Source: Desulfurococcales archaeon (GTDB taxonomy: Archaea; Thermoproteota; Thermoprotei_A; Sulfolobales; Desulfurococcaceae). From it: 24,734 nucleotides of DNA. Below the pieces are notes generated by a model, which was not told the DNA's origin, ran no database searches, and worked only from the letters and a program-made list of their open reading frames with translations. The position numbers and the translations under genes are program-made. Below, piece after piece: positions 20,201 to 24,042 of this stretch. Each line of letters opens with the position of its first letter. Position 1 is the stretch's first letter. The DNA lies in the NCBI GenBank assembly GCA_015521265.1, contig WAON01000050.1, positions 1 to 24,734 of the forward strand. The letters are read 5' to 3'.

Positions 20201-21382
20201 TCCGGAACGGTAACTATCGATGTATCATATGGCGATGCAAACCTAGAAGAAGCCAGGTTATACCTTGATAACACGCTAGTAGCGGAATTAACGGGTTCAA
20301 CATACCAGCTAGACACGACGCAATACAGTGATGGAACCCACACGTTGAAACTAGTAGTATCCGATAAAGCAGGGAATACTATGGAGTCAACAATCACTAT
20401 AACAATTGATAATACACCACCAGTAATCTCAATCGAAGCACCTGGAAACAATACCTATGTTAAAGGAACGGTAACAATTAATGTATCATACACCGATCTA
20501 ACACTGGATAAAGCAGTACTAGTAATAAACGGGGTAGAACACGATATAACCGGTGAAACAAGCTACGTACTAGACACTACAACACTACCAGACGGCGAAG
20601 TAACAATTACGCTGAGAGTAACGGATAAAGCAGGGCATGAATCAAGCCAGAGCATAGTCTTGATCGTCGACAATACTCCGCCGACAGTAGAAATTACTTC
20701 ACCGATTAACAATGCAGTAGTATCAGGGACGATAAACATAGCCTTCTCAGTTGAAGATGCAAATATTGAGAAAGCAGTATTAACAATAGATGGAGCGGAA
20801 CAAGTAGTAACCGGTAAGAACAGCTACACATTGGACACTACAAAACTAGCAGACGGAGAACACACGATAACCCTAACAGCAATAGACAAAGCAGGAAACA
20901 AGGCCGAAGCAACAATAACGATAATCGTCGACAACACCCCACCGACAATAACAATAATATCACCACTACCAGACGAAGCCTACTACCTTGGACAAACACT
21001 AACCATACAGTGGAGTATCGACGATGCAAACCCTGTAGAAACAATACTATACATCGGAGAAGAAGAACTAAACGTAACAGGTAAGACAAGCATCACATAT
21101 AAACTAGAAAACATACCGACAGGAACACTAACAATAAAGATCAAAGCAACAGATGCAGGAGGAAACACGGCAACCAAGACGGTTACAATACGCGTACTAA
21201 CACAAACAACAACCACACAACCAACAACAACTACAACACCAGGAACAACAACCCCCTCAACAACCCCGCCCACTACAACCAGTCCACCACCAACAACTAC
21301 AACAACAGCTGTAATAGTTGGAGTAATAATAGTACTACTGTTAATCGCTGGAATATACCTGTTGAGAAGTAAGAAAACATAG
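5297..21382 (+). CDS. Giant (5361 aa) secreted, membrane-anchored modular surface glycoprotein / putative adhesin
   Basis: Uninterrupted 16-kb ORF. Order of parts: signal peptide MYKPLFIIVLVIILTGLILPITYG, ~20 prealbumin-like beta-sandwich repeats, 7 CARDB-like repeats, a central unique module, a putative beta-propeller, ~12 Ig-like D(N/K)TPP repeats, a Thr/Pro linker, a TM helix and an RSKKT tail. Very many N-x-S/T sequons. Confidence 0.92.
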   Translation: MYKPLFIIVLVIILTGLILPITYGLNTSSINDSNKYLDYHYWATITHKPEKLEKLINEVIPSNGSIHNDIAEYMFWNHVIPEKWGYGYYEKILYDKLIPRNTSSSYYYKTYFRDIIGYGFEAYYMGFTNVTPLVEPRVYSYYLDTLFGYLIPKNYSSGFYYDTVFYKLYYNSVWDYPRILANIAYNTPYGSYIAQILTRIDMMKWLDRFGNQTITGNSTPSLLDTNLTGTIRIKLVSIDGPVEYADVSLYRKTPCIYGSYCGVDYVASKFTDANGTVVFHVYAGTYQIVLDAKAYGVIDNVTLNPGEEKNITLMLGKTTITLYDADNYRMAWLSISIYQQRNTPEGPKPGYFIANTMLSDNGTLTAYFIEGTYMIRPHVYNLENPYISGIEAVAGVTRSYVFHLDVVKVTIKPHTPVPLDYSGLYPSIYISTQPYSWDYSVEISNGVGTIWVKPGDYFVYIPYIYFKGLSTRANILFPIHVAVGSTNTFYYDLGVLWWKPSNVNHESVMTLTVYSVKTINGTIYSTRLEGDVNIKWGDYLLLPPMKTYLFKPTMGLNSSKYNFTVYVTPTTNYEYTGNLPVGYLNVTLIYNNTSLYDTYELIDKHSQNSLYYQTPQLVALLPGDYVLNMKHIGLGGVVDNLTITPGVVVGQVFRTGKLVVNVSSYNGERASEWIPVIVVQGNDTSGEFITSGWTTRSLAFYLLPGSYTVIVPGINTTYEWYVNIGYGETRLDLNVSEANVTETYFNLGRIMVNIDLPGSPESIRSYIRIVIAEQRVVNGTPVPGRIIREEPYWHLPLTASFEVTPGIYMVYLEGSDGKPINGTLTSNIAVDPNGLAIVNYTLSILRVRLVVNNTPVPGVDIDIYRGTGDNRQYYSEITTDASGTAVIALPPGNYSLWTFVPIEDEDHLLGTVNVTGNGLVINKTLQYPGGFIVLRLLGPGGEPAANVRVQFRSLDRYSSEIIYTDMDGYAYAYLAAGTYRILVYPFLYSYTGGRIVSVAPGESVYVELHLSKVTLHVNVSGSPWLVFYIRNNTDGRLYSFAPHLYNGKTYDLWLQPGNYTIALPGSRTTIQSWNKYGYGTEYSFILGPNDHVELSFNVSEIVVMLNPCGDYDLAGSLYAYLLGYNSNLSDPYTEVIGNRYFTTYYPQAYAVFYVTPGEYAVIIPGDPWNSTWFYSKFGEFIYGSLIGYGLMDHALVGHGGEILVYQHNVSVLALHLNNTYPEGARAEYSIYTLSGSLVRSGYVSPGDYAFIPLTPGQYVLNNYGYTNITLTECNSTLVELKITGLSLKVVGPDNEPVKNAYYIIHDMNDNYVASGYTDSFGEAFISLSLGSYKLVFPGVNHSYSPYNAKYNLNKQFGYGLQLNITITGYNKLKVIFSRIDVNITSQLGKASNVEVMLYTPDMSKIIKGAYTDSNGIARFYVSSGSYRVVIRGLYYGYSDAYYVGWSYYPLFGYGAIVGDVNIGVNTSAVLHYNLSVVKLRVLDTNGNYAGGLRVVLRANDTYTTSLTYTYTSSYEPVYFYVTNGTYIIDLIFLKKTVTVGIGELADVVINVAMLHVHINIPENNYDIIPYGISITVYYNTTGTSGYSAVLYYTTNSTGDAIIYTPLNINVTVVIKKGYSITETIYMDSAKYREYNLSIFYIKVLSPTGPVKYQEFYLYTLDHSSYIRLTTDYRGEDYAIIVPGTYILQKSDWSSIIGRLDELVIIPNYTVKTYQLNLSILNIHSLVPSKYYLGNPFEFTISSIDGSYVSWSYYLYHNDTRSFYVIPGTYVIHSDISNGWDVNKTVVLPENATRDVTFKLGGLVLWIYKPDGSLLNPPIDHPYGYSMIVSLYTEVGGSLESFVSTSQTDSEGKAVFGPLVNGTYAFNLDPYDDYGGPYKLYNITAEPLVFREYNFTLGGLVVHMQYNNGTPAQGIAITIYSRSYTLYTLYTDANGTITAYLLPGTYTLYIYGLGYVYNIHVYPGRYTNKTYTTNPSDLEVSSITWTPSTPSDGDTVLVTATIKNNGPGHVFNDFNVVFYQNGTKVYEAVVHGLLSGYNTTVTAPITAIAGTDEVRVVVDPDQSIVDPNRGNNELTAWINVLRPDLEVTSVWINGTLIDGAAATLYFNVTNNGPGALHHEASVKVIYGSMVTYRRIYSLEVGEVVTLSVNIIVLGGLSNAIITVDPDNEVSESNEDNNVYNYTLSVPEPDIVVVSAALNASELVDGGIGEITAVINNTGGRTLRSIHVVLYADNKYLGTTIINGLDTGETVTVTFYVLLRGGTTNYTVIVDPYNKVPDANRSNNRATVPVYIPYPDLAFTSLYFTPTNPGSGEIVHVVFNITNIGVGGTKTNFAVELKVNGEVKSSSYISRDLYPGDTITVTLSTIVHAGNNTIEIIIDPHGYVSESNKANNKYVFIITVPYSDLEIKTMNISQGPYHNMGEVNVTVTIVNNGPGSLNETFYVAFFGNDEFLEQVEVNGLGVGEEKNITVTIPVYTGYYTIKAIVDDHYQRIIGGSYVWGHKHEVADPYRNNNIASKTIYVAGPDLTLVSAEITPSTPDPWTGFNITLRVRNNGDYASTRPVAVIVEVGSVRLIDEVPELDVGGEANVTIPVLDGLDPGTYTVRIAVNPFHEVIEHDYTDNNYTITLIIPAPDLAITHIYAPVINGSVEAGDQIIINVTVKNYGASFKRDIYIEALVNDLLIGNNYIIGGIDSGEEKNITLSLTAIPPSLENTRIIIDPRNDIYESDETNNEAIYHGPIVRSLILGQTAYDVIYMHHEEFNLKIQNNGGVPLKVTSIVFTTTSLVLNTSLPLTIKPGEIASIPILVDTLTEGIGPKNYGVIIYTNTSITINSTITVLIHNISKVISVNVNKKEAVYSMGQTDKISLLVGSQLPSIINKAHVELSGNATGIIEGSTSFNITIRHIVRIMVNATIPPGRYILLINVSFQGVDYYVVRKVDITVVRDPIVKIISPRSINSVLASNTLVVTFKSNVPINGTIYFRDVSSSSWTIIRYGELSRDTFYRIPIGGLSSGHRYMFYIEAVSEYGSYTSPMYYVNVTVSVVFVDHELNVTINRDYNQLVYVKVRNLDYMYPHAIYAKIIESSPELIVDFVGPGSIDTVEKVGSGKFVTLMLVIHAADTTRNNYTITAMLVNLDSNATDYMVIHVYVKEPVFNVTLDYLGMDNHTLVQSWRLVNHGDTITDLSVHLEGPASTFAYVYPSMNHVRIMHEQAIYFYVIPVLGIYPTDPALHNGTLVVETGDPASFRYEMPPINLPKGSKIYSVPVEHVRATGQSKDWYCTNRPHVSTKIKLSVDPPAFNNTLQINATLWIDFIPRYDVWHVLPHDGTIYVNGVPVYNWHNTIPEGTVKIPLPPKVIENAVAAGGDMYTFTVTVDTKHMNGGHYVVATNYKLQIDTGSTSIFVAASSFQDAKNSVVHLSKPNNDKVKPKECDKKVKMPGWLQALITYLKGSHKWSFENLPAPKILLDMVKSSSPIEIKAEFSIEVDPTPTSVKVSGGGSVELGVGIYGAEGKVTASGGWSVKNCKWGFDGITIELSAGGGYRWSYKFPLEWARWIPRAGDDAKPLSVEGKIYLELSSTVIQLDEHLKVKAIPTLLIGISATGKAELSVGSRLKLSAEATVGFHAGYKDYDYYAQFKAGITGNVEVDLSLFSASASGTYGLKYVYEHGSWVKKSYNDPGVTLLSYQFYNIDLGYPTLASPSTMSSLGESTAYVEGLGLYTVWVSTDNSNSKIMISRLVGDTWTTPTQLSFPNENYALVKAVPVGSKLGVLALAMPSISENTTPSELVRLLNKGTLYYAEYNGSAWTPPEIIAVNVSLSLDVESYNGLTIAAWSTLINNSYVVEAVLNDGSGWSPVTIIPGSRVPSTYTIYDVAAGFIDGRPTVYWATDLYWDGEELIRGIKYSEYNGESWTTPTTLPTTSNVALLDADTYGRIAWSTDEGNIYLAGWNGTAWVIVRIGTGFDPSILSSKNKLLVAANIRDDRDDIEIYIVDTTTWKTVTARITDDDLLDKQYTFASTPSGYLALIWRRSLDPAVKTPPENKTWASGIVYEPLYNISITGLDTTKPVVEGNPLTVTTNITNNSTKPVTGKLNIYLNESLVKTVNIMIPPNTTYTVDENITINESGKWSIKAELTDLNATSIGLLEKTITLETLRLIQNTSLTPGSYIDAVTTIHLYVNGYKKTNVTITANNLTVGSASGVIGDVAVQLNLSKLPDGPTTLVINVVTIDGAANDSLSINVYLDKTPPTIIVHEPENNTIVSGNVTVIAEIYDTYYDLPSTPEVYINGSSIMWTLVEGDNYTLIIDTTTYPDGKPLNITIIAVDVSGKTMVKTIYVTPDNTPPITTDNSTKTWYNNDVAIMLTATDNVAGVNATYYSVDNGSWVMGDIVYIPAPSDHSNDGTHTIMYYSIDNVGNIEPINTLIIGIDTLSPIITCNIANNTYFSGGTVSFFFHIVDNTSGLSKAYGYFDGSLQRIKNMNGEHEYTMDFQGLNLGYLREGMHYFRIVSVDIAGNTREYILVFYVDKTPPTAEITSPEDGALVSGTINITFNYTDNLSPVYAYLHINGETINVTGTYSYTLDTTQYNDGQLTITLEAIDYSGRRSTDTVTIIVDNTPPAVTINSPANNSVVGGIVTISYSIDEEHLDQVWLSIGNITVNITGSTTYSLNITMLPDGAYTLTITANDTLGHTSSASIIIIIDNTPPTAVITYPVSRGYYSGVINVTFNYSDTNLDKAYLGIDGSYIDVTGSYSYTLDTTQYNDGEHNITLLVKDKAGNTMEYTVTIYIDNTPPTAQILSPSNSTVIHDVVNITVMYSDIFLREAILLIDNETVNITGTYNYTLDTTTMTDGLHNITLIVQDKAGHESTTSIVVIVDNTPPTGEITSPANDTYHRGTITITVSYNDLTLEQALLIIDNETINITGLTSYTLDTTSLNDGEHIIKLVVTDKAGHAASDEITIIVDNTPPTASINSPMNGAVVSGTVTIDVSYGDANLEEARLYLDNTLVAELTGSTYQLDTTQYSDGTHTLKLVVSDKAGNTMESTITITIDNTPPVISIEAPGNNTYVKGTVTINVSYTDLTLDKAVLVINGVEHDITGETSYVLDTTTLPDGEVTITLRVTDKAGHESSQSIVLIVDNTPPTVEITSPINNAVVSGTINIAFSVEDANIEKAVLTIDGAEQVVTGKNSYTLDTTKLADGEHTITLTAIDKAGNKAEATITIIVDNTPPTITIISPLPDEAYYLGQTLTIQWSIDDANPVETILYIGEEELNVTGKTSITYKLENIPTGTLTIKIKATDAGGNTATKTVTIRVLTQTTTTQPTTTTTPGTTTPSTTPPTTTSPPPTTTTTAVIVGVIIVLLLIAGIYLLRSKKT
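5471..5797 (+). repeat. Tyr-rich ~18-aa repeats at the N-terminus of the giant protein
   Basis: VIPEKWGYGYYEKILYDK / LIPRNTSSSYYYKTYFRD / LIPKNYSSGFYYDTVFYK. The starts at 5531, 5585 and 5639 are 54 nt apart, and a further unit starts at 5744. Confidence 0.6.
5980..11215 (+). repeat. ~20 tandem prealbumin-like (carboxypeptidase-regulatory-like/CnaB-like) beta-sandwich repeats
   Basis: Recurrent motif TDxxG-x(6-8)-(L/V)xxGxY, e.g. TDANGTVVFHVYAGTY, TDASGTAVIALPPGNY, TDMDGYAYAYLAAGTY, TDSNGIARFYVSSGSY, TDANGTITAYLLPGTY. Boundaries are approximate. Confidence 0.7.
11220..13500 (+). repeat. Seven CARDB-like domains
   Basis: Seven units each begin (P/S)D(L/I) (PSDLEV, RPDLEV, EPDIVV, YPDLAF, YSDLEI, GPDLTL, APDLAI), contain VxNxG, and mostly end DPxNx(I/V)xExxxxNN. 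Confidence 0.85.
16430..17400 (+). repeat. About six blade-like repeats (x-N/D-G-x-x-W-x-x-P): putative beta-propeller
   Basis: VGDTWTTP, YNGSAWTPP, NDGSGWSP, YNGESWTTP, WNGTAWVI, VDTTTWKT. Confidence 0.5.
17999..21195 (+). repeat. ~12 Ig-like (Big-type) repeats delimited by D(N/K)TPP
   Basis: D(N/K)TPP codons start at 17999, 18284, 18839, 19103, 19364, 19625, 19886, 20147, 20408, 20669 and 20930, with a DTLSP variant near 18548. Internal motif YTLDTTxxxDGxHxITLxxxDKAG. Confidence 0.9.
21200..21307 (+). repeat. Thr/Pro low-complexity linker before the C-terminal TM anchor
   Basis: TQTTTTQPTTTTTPGTTTPSTTPPTTTSPPPTTTTT, encoded largely by ACA/CCA codons. Confidence 0.9.
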
Positions 21383-21392
21383 TATAGAGGAG

Positions 21393-21420
21393 TGGAGGGG
21401 TAGAATAGACTGCCCCTCCA
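21393..21420. terminator. GC-rich hairpin between convergent genes (possible bidirectional terminator or processing element)
   Basis: TGGAGGGGTAG-AATAGA-CTGCCCCTCCA forms an 11-bp stem (one G-U pair) and fills most of the 41-nt gap between the two stop codons. Confidence 0.5.
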
Positions 21421-21423
21421 GAT

Positions 21424-22308
21424 TTAACCTATATGTTTTTTATAAATTATCAATCCTACTAGTAGCGATAACATAGCTATTGCTGTAAAAGCTTGGCGGT
21501 AATAAGTATTGACTGGTTCGCCTCCTAGAGCTACGCCTATATAAATAGTTGTCTTATACGGTGTATTCCCAGCCAAGTGCGCTGTCTCGATTACTAGGTT
21601 GTATATTCCCGCAGTATTGGGTCCATCAATGATTAGGGATACCGATCCGTCTTTTCCGGATCTAGTAGTGTATATTTTACTGGGAGATTGCTTCGACCCA
21701 ATACTTGCTGGTTCAAGCCATACCCAGACTGGTTCGTCGACTACGGGTATATGCGTGTGTTTATAGTATACTTTGAAGCTTACAGGTATATCCCTATGCA
21801 GCGGTAGCCATTTTGGTACTCTTACATCACCAATGTATGTCTCGTTAACTATTGTAAAGTTCCTCCAAATAACTATTCCCTTACCAGTTGTCGAATTAGT
21901 TATGTTTATGTATATTTTCAGCGAGCCATTAATATACCATGGAACGATCAAGTTGAAGGATACATTGAAGTGTTCACCACTACTAGCCATTGATATATCA
22001 GTAACGATTACTCCATAGGATGTGATGTAGATCCCCTGTCCCCCGCCCGGGTGATGGGTGAAGGAAGCTGATACTGTTCCATTATATATTACTGAGATGT
22101 TTGCATAGTAATAATTGTTTTCACCGGTAAAATTAGCAGTGATATTATATGTAACTCCAGCACCAATATATACATCATTATATGCATAAGATGGTTCAAG
22201 ACTATAACTCACCGATACGCCGTCAACGCTGGAATCGCCGCTAGACGGTATAGGCGTTAATAGAATGATCAACAATAATGTTAACAATACTAGGTATTTA
22301 TACATCAT
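21424..22308 (-). CDS. Secreted, C-terminally anchored beta-sandwich (Ig-like) surface protein, 294 aa
   Basis: RBS AGGTGA at 22317-22312. Signal peptide MMYKYLVLLTLLLIILLTPIPSSG. Many sequons. The C-terminal domain has the ..SGKDGSVSLII..PNTAGIYNL pattern. It ends in LGGEPV, a TM helix and KKHIG. Confidence 0.85.
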   Translation of the reverse strand: MMYKYLVLLTLLLIILLTPIPSSGDSSVDGVSVSYSLEPSYAYNDVYIGAGVTYNITANFTGENNYYYANISVIYNGTVSASFTHHPGGGQGIYITSYGVIVTDISMASSGEHFNVSFNLIVPWYINGSLKIYINITNSTTGKGIVIWRNFTIVNETYIGDVRVPKWLPLHRDIPVSFKVYYKHTHIPVVDEPVWVWLEPASIGSKQSPSKIYTTRSGKDGSVSLIIDGPNTAGIYNLVIETAHLAGNTPYKTTIYIGVALGGEPVNTYYRQAFTAIAMLSLLVGLIIYKKHIG

Positions 22309-22346
22309 ACATCACCTAAAATACTTCTACAAATAATATTTGACTA

Positions 22347-22370
22347 TTGGTAAAATAAATAAGTTACCAA
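22347..22370. promoter_or_regulatory. Operator-like inverted repeat TTGGTAA-N10-TTACCAA between divergent genes
   Basis: Perfect 7-bp arms at 22347-22353 and 22364-22370 with an AT-rich spacer. Confidence 0.45.
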
Positions 22371-22445
22371 ATAAACCACTACCTTTATCAGTTATTGAAA
22401 ACTATGTTATTTTTGAAGGAAAGGGTGTTATGGAGGTTTATTAGT

Positions 22446-23603
22446 TTGAATAAGTATATTATATCACTACTTCTACTACTCCTTGTAATCATGGGCTCAG
22501 CACCAATGAAAACCCTTAGCCAGGGGGGTAAGGGGCCAAGCAGTTTCTATGCAAAATATGAGTACAGCATGGATATATCGATCAACAATACTTCAAGGAT
22601 AAAAATAAGCGCAGAATTCATAATATCACTAAACATTACTCGTTCAACGATCTACGGTGAGGTGAGGCTAATTCGTGGAACAAGCTATATATCATCAACA
22701 AACGCTCCAAGCCCAACAACTACAACAATAACCCCGAGTGAAAGCGAGGCGAGGTATAGGTTTACAATACCAATAAACAATTATTACACCGGTGTGCAGA
22801 GCGAGATCGGGAGGAGCACTATATCAGCCCCACAACTAGGCTCCTTCAACCCCGGAAGCCTAATCGGTCCATCACTCTATGGTGTCAAGGATATCGAGAC
22901 AACAGACTATAACGGATACCCAGCTATACATGAAACACTAAATATCAAGTTCTCACAGTTAGGTATAAACTATACGATCACAGGTGACATGTACCTACAC
23001 GAAGCATACCTCCTACCACTATACGTGCACTTAAACGTTAAGATTTCGAGCCAGGGATACGGTAAACCCTTTACCGGTAAGGGAGTAGTTGAGCTAAAAC
23101 TATTAGATACAAACATACCCAGAGAGACCAGCCATGCAGAAATAAACGTCAACGGAGTCAAGATCGTTGCGGGAGGATTCCCGGGAGCGAAAATAGTAAT
23201 CACTGGGAGGAAGGGTAGCACATATATTAATGTTACTAATAAAGGGGATCAGCCGGGCTACGTAATGATCTATCGCGGAGGCTACAGCCTAGCACCAATA
23301 AACCAGGATAACAAGCAGAGTGTTAAACTAGTACAGGTTGCACCCGGCGAATCTAAGAGGATCGATATAGGCGTACAACTACCAGAAAACATTGAGGAAT
23401 CAACTAGTCTTAGAAGCGGGGGCTCTTTCCTCTCATCACCCGAAATACTAGTATTAACACTTATAGTAGTTGGATTATTAGCCGTGCTAGGACTAATAAT
23501 ATATAAAGCAATACATCCTAAGAAAGCAGTTGAAACAACAACTATAAGTGAAGAACCCGAAACAACTGAGGAAGCACCGGTAGGATCGGAGCCGGGACAA
23601 TAA
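22446..23603 (+). CDS. Secreted, membrane-anchored protein with an acidic cytoplasmic tail (~385 aa)
   Basis: The start is reassigned from 22395 to the in-frame TTG at 22446 (RBS GGAGG at 22432-22436), giving the signal peptide MNKYIISLLLLLLVIMGSA. Beta-rich ectodomain, TM helix ILVLTLIVVGLLAVLGLII, and tail KKAVETTTISEEPETTEEAPVGSEPGQ. Confidence 0.8.
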   Translation: MNKYIISLLLLLLVIMGSAPMKTLSQGGKGPSSFYAKYEYSMDISINNTSRIKISAEFIISLNITRSTIYGEVRLIRGTSYISSTNAPSPTTTTITPSESEARYRFTIPINNYYTGVQSEIGRSTISAPQLGSFNPGSLIGPSLYGVKDIETTDYNGYPAIHETLNIKFSQLGINYTITGDMYLHEAYLLPLYVHLNVKISSQGYGKPFTGKGVVELKLLDTNIPRETSHAEINVNGVKIVAGGFPGAKIVITGRKGSTYINVTNKGDQPGYVMIYRGGYSLAPINQDNKQSVKLVQVAPGESKRIDIGVQLPENIEESTSLRSGGSFLSSPEILVLTLIVVGLLAVLGLIIYKAIHPKKAVETTTISEEPETTEEAPVGSEPGQ

Positions 23604-23626
23604 CCACTATCCTTCTCTAACATTGG

Positions 23627-23643
23627 TTTTTAGAATAGTTTTT
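23627..23643 (+). terminator. Possible oligo-T terminator
   Basis: Two T5 tracts, 24 and 36 nt after the stop at 23603. Confidence 0.3.
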
Positions 23644-23695
23644 AACCATAAACGAGATATTATCTACACAGACACTAGACGGTGAGGGCTACCGC

Positions 23696-23998
23696 TTGAA
23701 GAGAATTGAAATATTCTATGACGCATTAACGGAGTATATTAAGAGGATGGGCGGCCACCTCCTCATAGATAAGCACGGCATCGTCGATGTATACCTCCCA
23801 GTAGTAATTGAGGAGGTTCCGGGGGGAGTACAGTACCACTTGATCGGAAAGATCCTTGGAGATAGGGTGGTCGTTGAGAAATGCATAGTAATGTATGAAG
23901 ATGAAATACATGAAGTAGACCCCTCGGAGCTGGAGGGATGGGCGAACTACGTAAACACGAGTTTTAGGAGAATAATATCTAGCCCTGAGGAAAAGTAA
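23696..23998 (+). CDS. Hypothetical 100-aa acidic cytoplasmic protein
   Basis: TTG start preceded by GGTGAGG. Plausible globular composition. Fills the gap before the oxidoreductase gene. Confidence 0.7.
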   Translation: MKRIEIFYDALTEYIKRMGGHLLIDKHGIVDVYLPVVIEEVPGGVQYHLIGKILGDRVVVEKCIVMYEDEIHEVDPSELEGWANYVNTSFRRIISSPEEK

Positions 23999-24042
23999 GC
24001 CCTCTACATATATCCACGAACTAGTTAGGAGGGGATTAATAC

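Noticed and set aside
18839-21195. Regularly spaced repeats as a possible CRISPR array or DGR template
   Set aside because: The 261-nt units are in-frame, diverged protein domains, not identical 24-40-nt repeats with spacers. No reverse transcriptase or adenine-specific variant pair was seen. No CRISPR array is present in the window.
5685-21273. Numerous 60-136-aa ORFs antisense to or overlapping the giant gene
   Set aside because: They are expected by-products of the strongly biased, repetitive codon usage of the sense gene, and none has recognisable motifs or RBS context.
5297-21382. Giant protein as tetrabrachion/S-layer stalk or as an enzyme
   Set aside because: There is no long heptad coiled coil, and I found no recognisable protease or glycosidase catalytic motif by eye. 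A hidden catalytic domain in the core cannot be excluded.
5233-21396. 8-nt complementarity between TCCACTCC (5233-5240) and GGAGTGGA (21389-21396) flanking the giant gene
   Set aside because: It is too short to distinguish from chance. There are no target-site duplications, transposase or recombinase to suggest mobile-element ends.
22395-22445. 17-aa N-terminal extension of the 402-aa ORF
   Set aside because: The GGAGG RBS points to the TTG at 22446, which yields a clean signal peptide.
21773-23911. ORFs 21773..22018(+), 22970..23221(-), 23282..23623(-) and 23726..23911(-)
   Set aside because: They are antisense shadows of better-supported genes.
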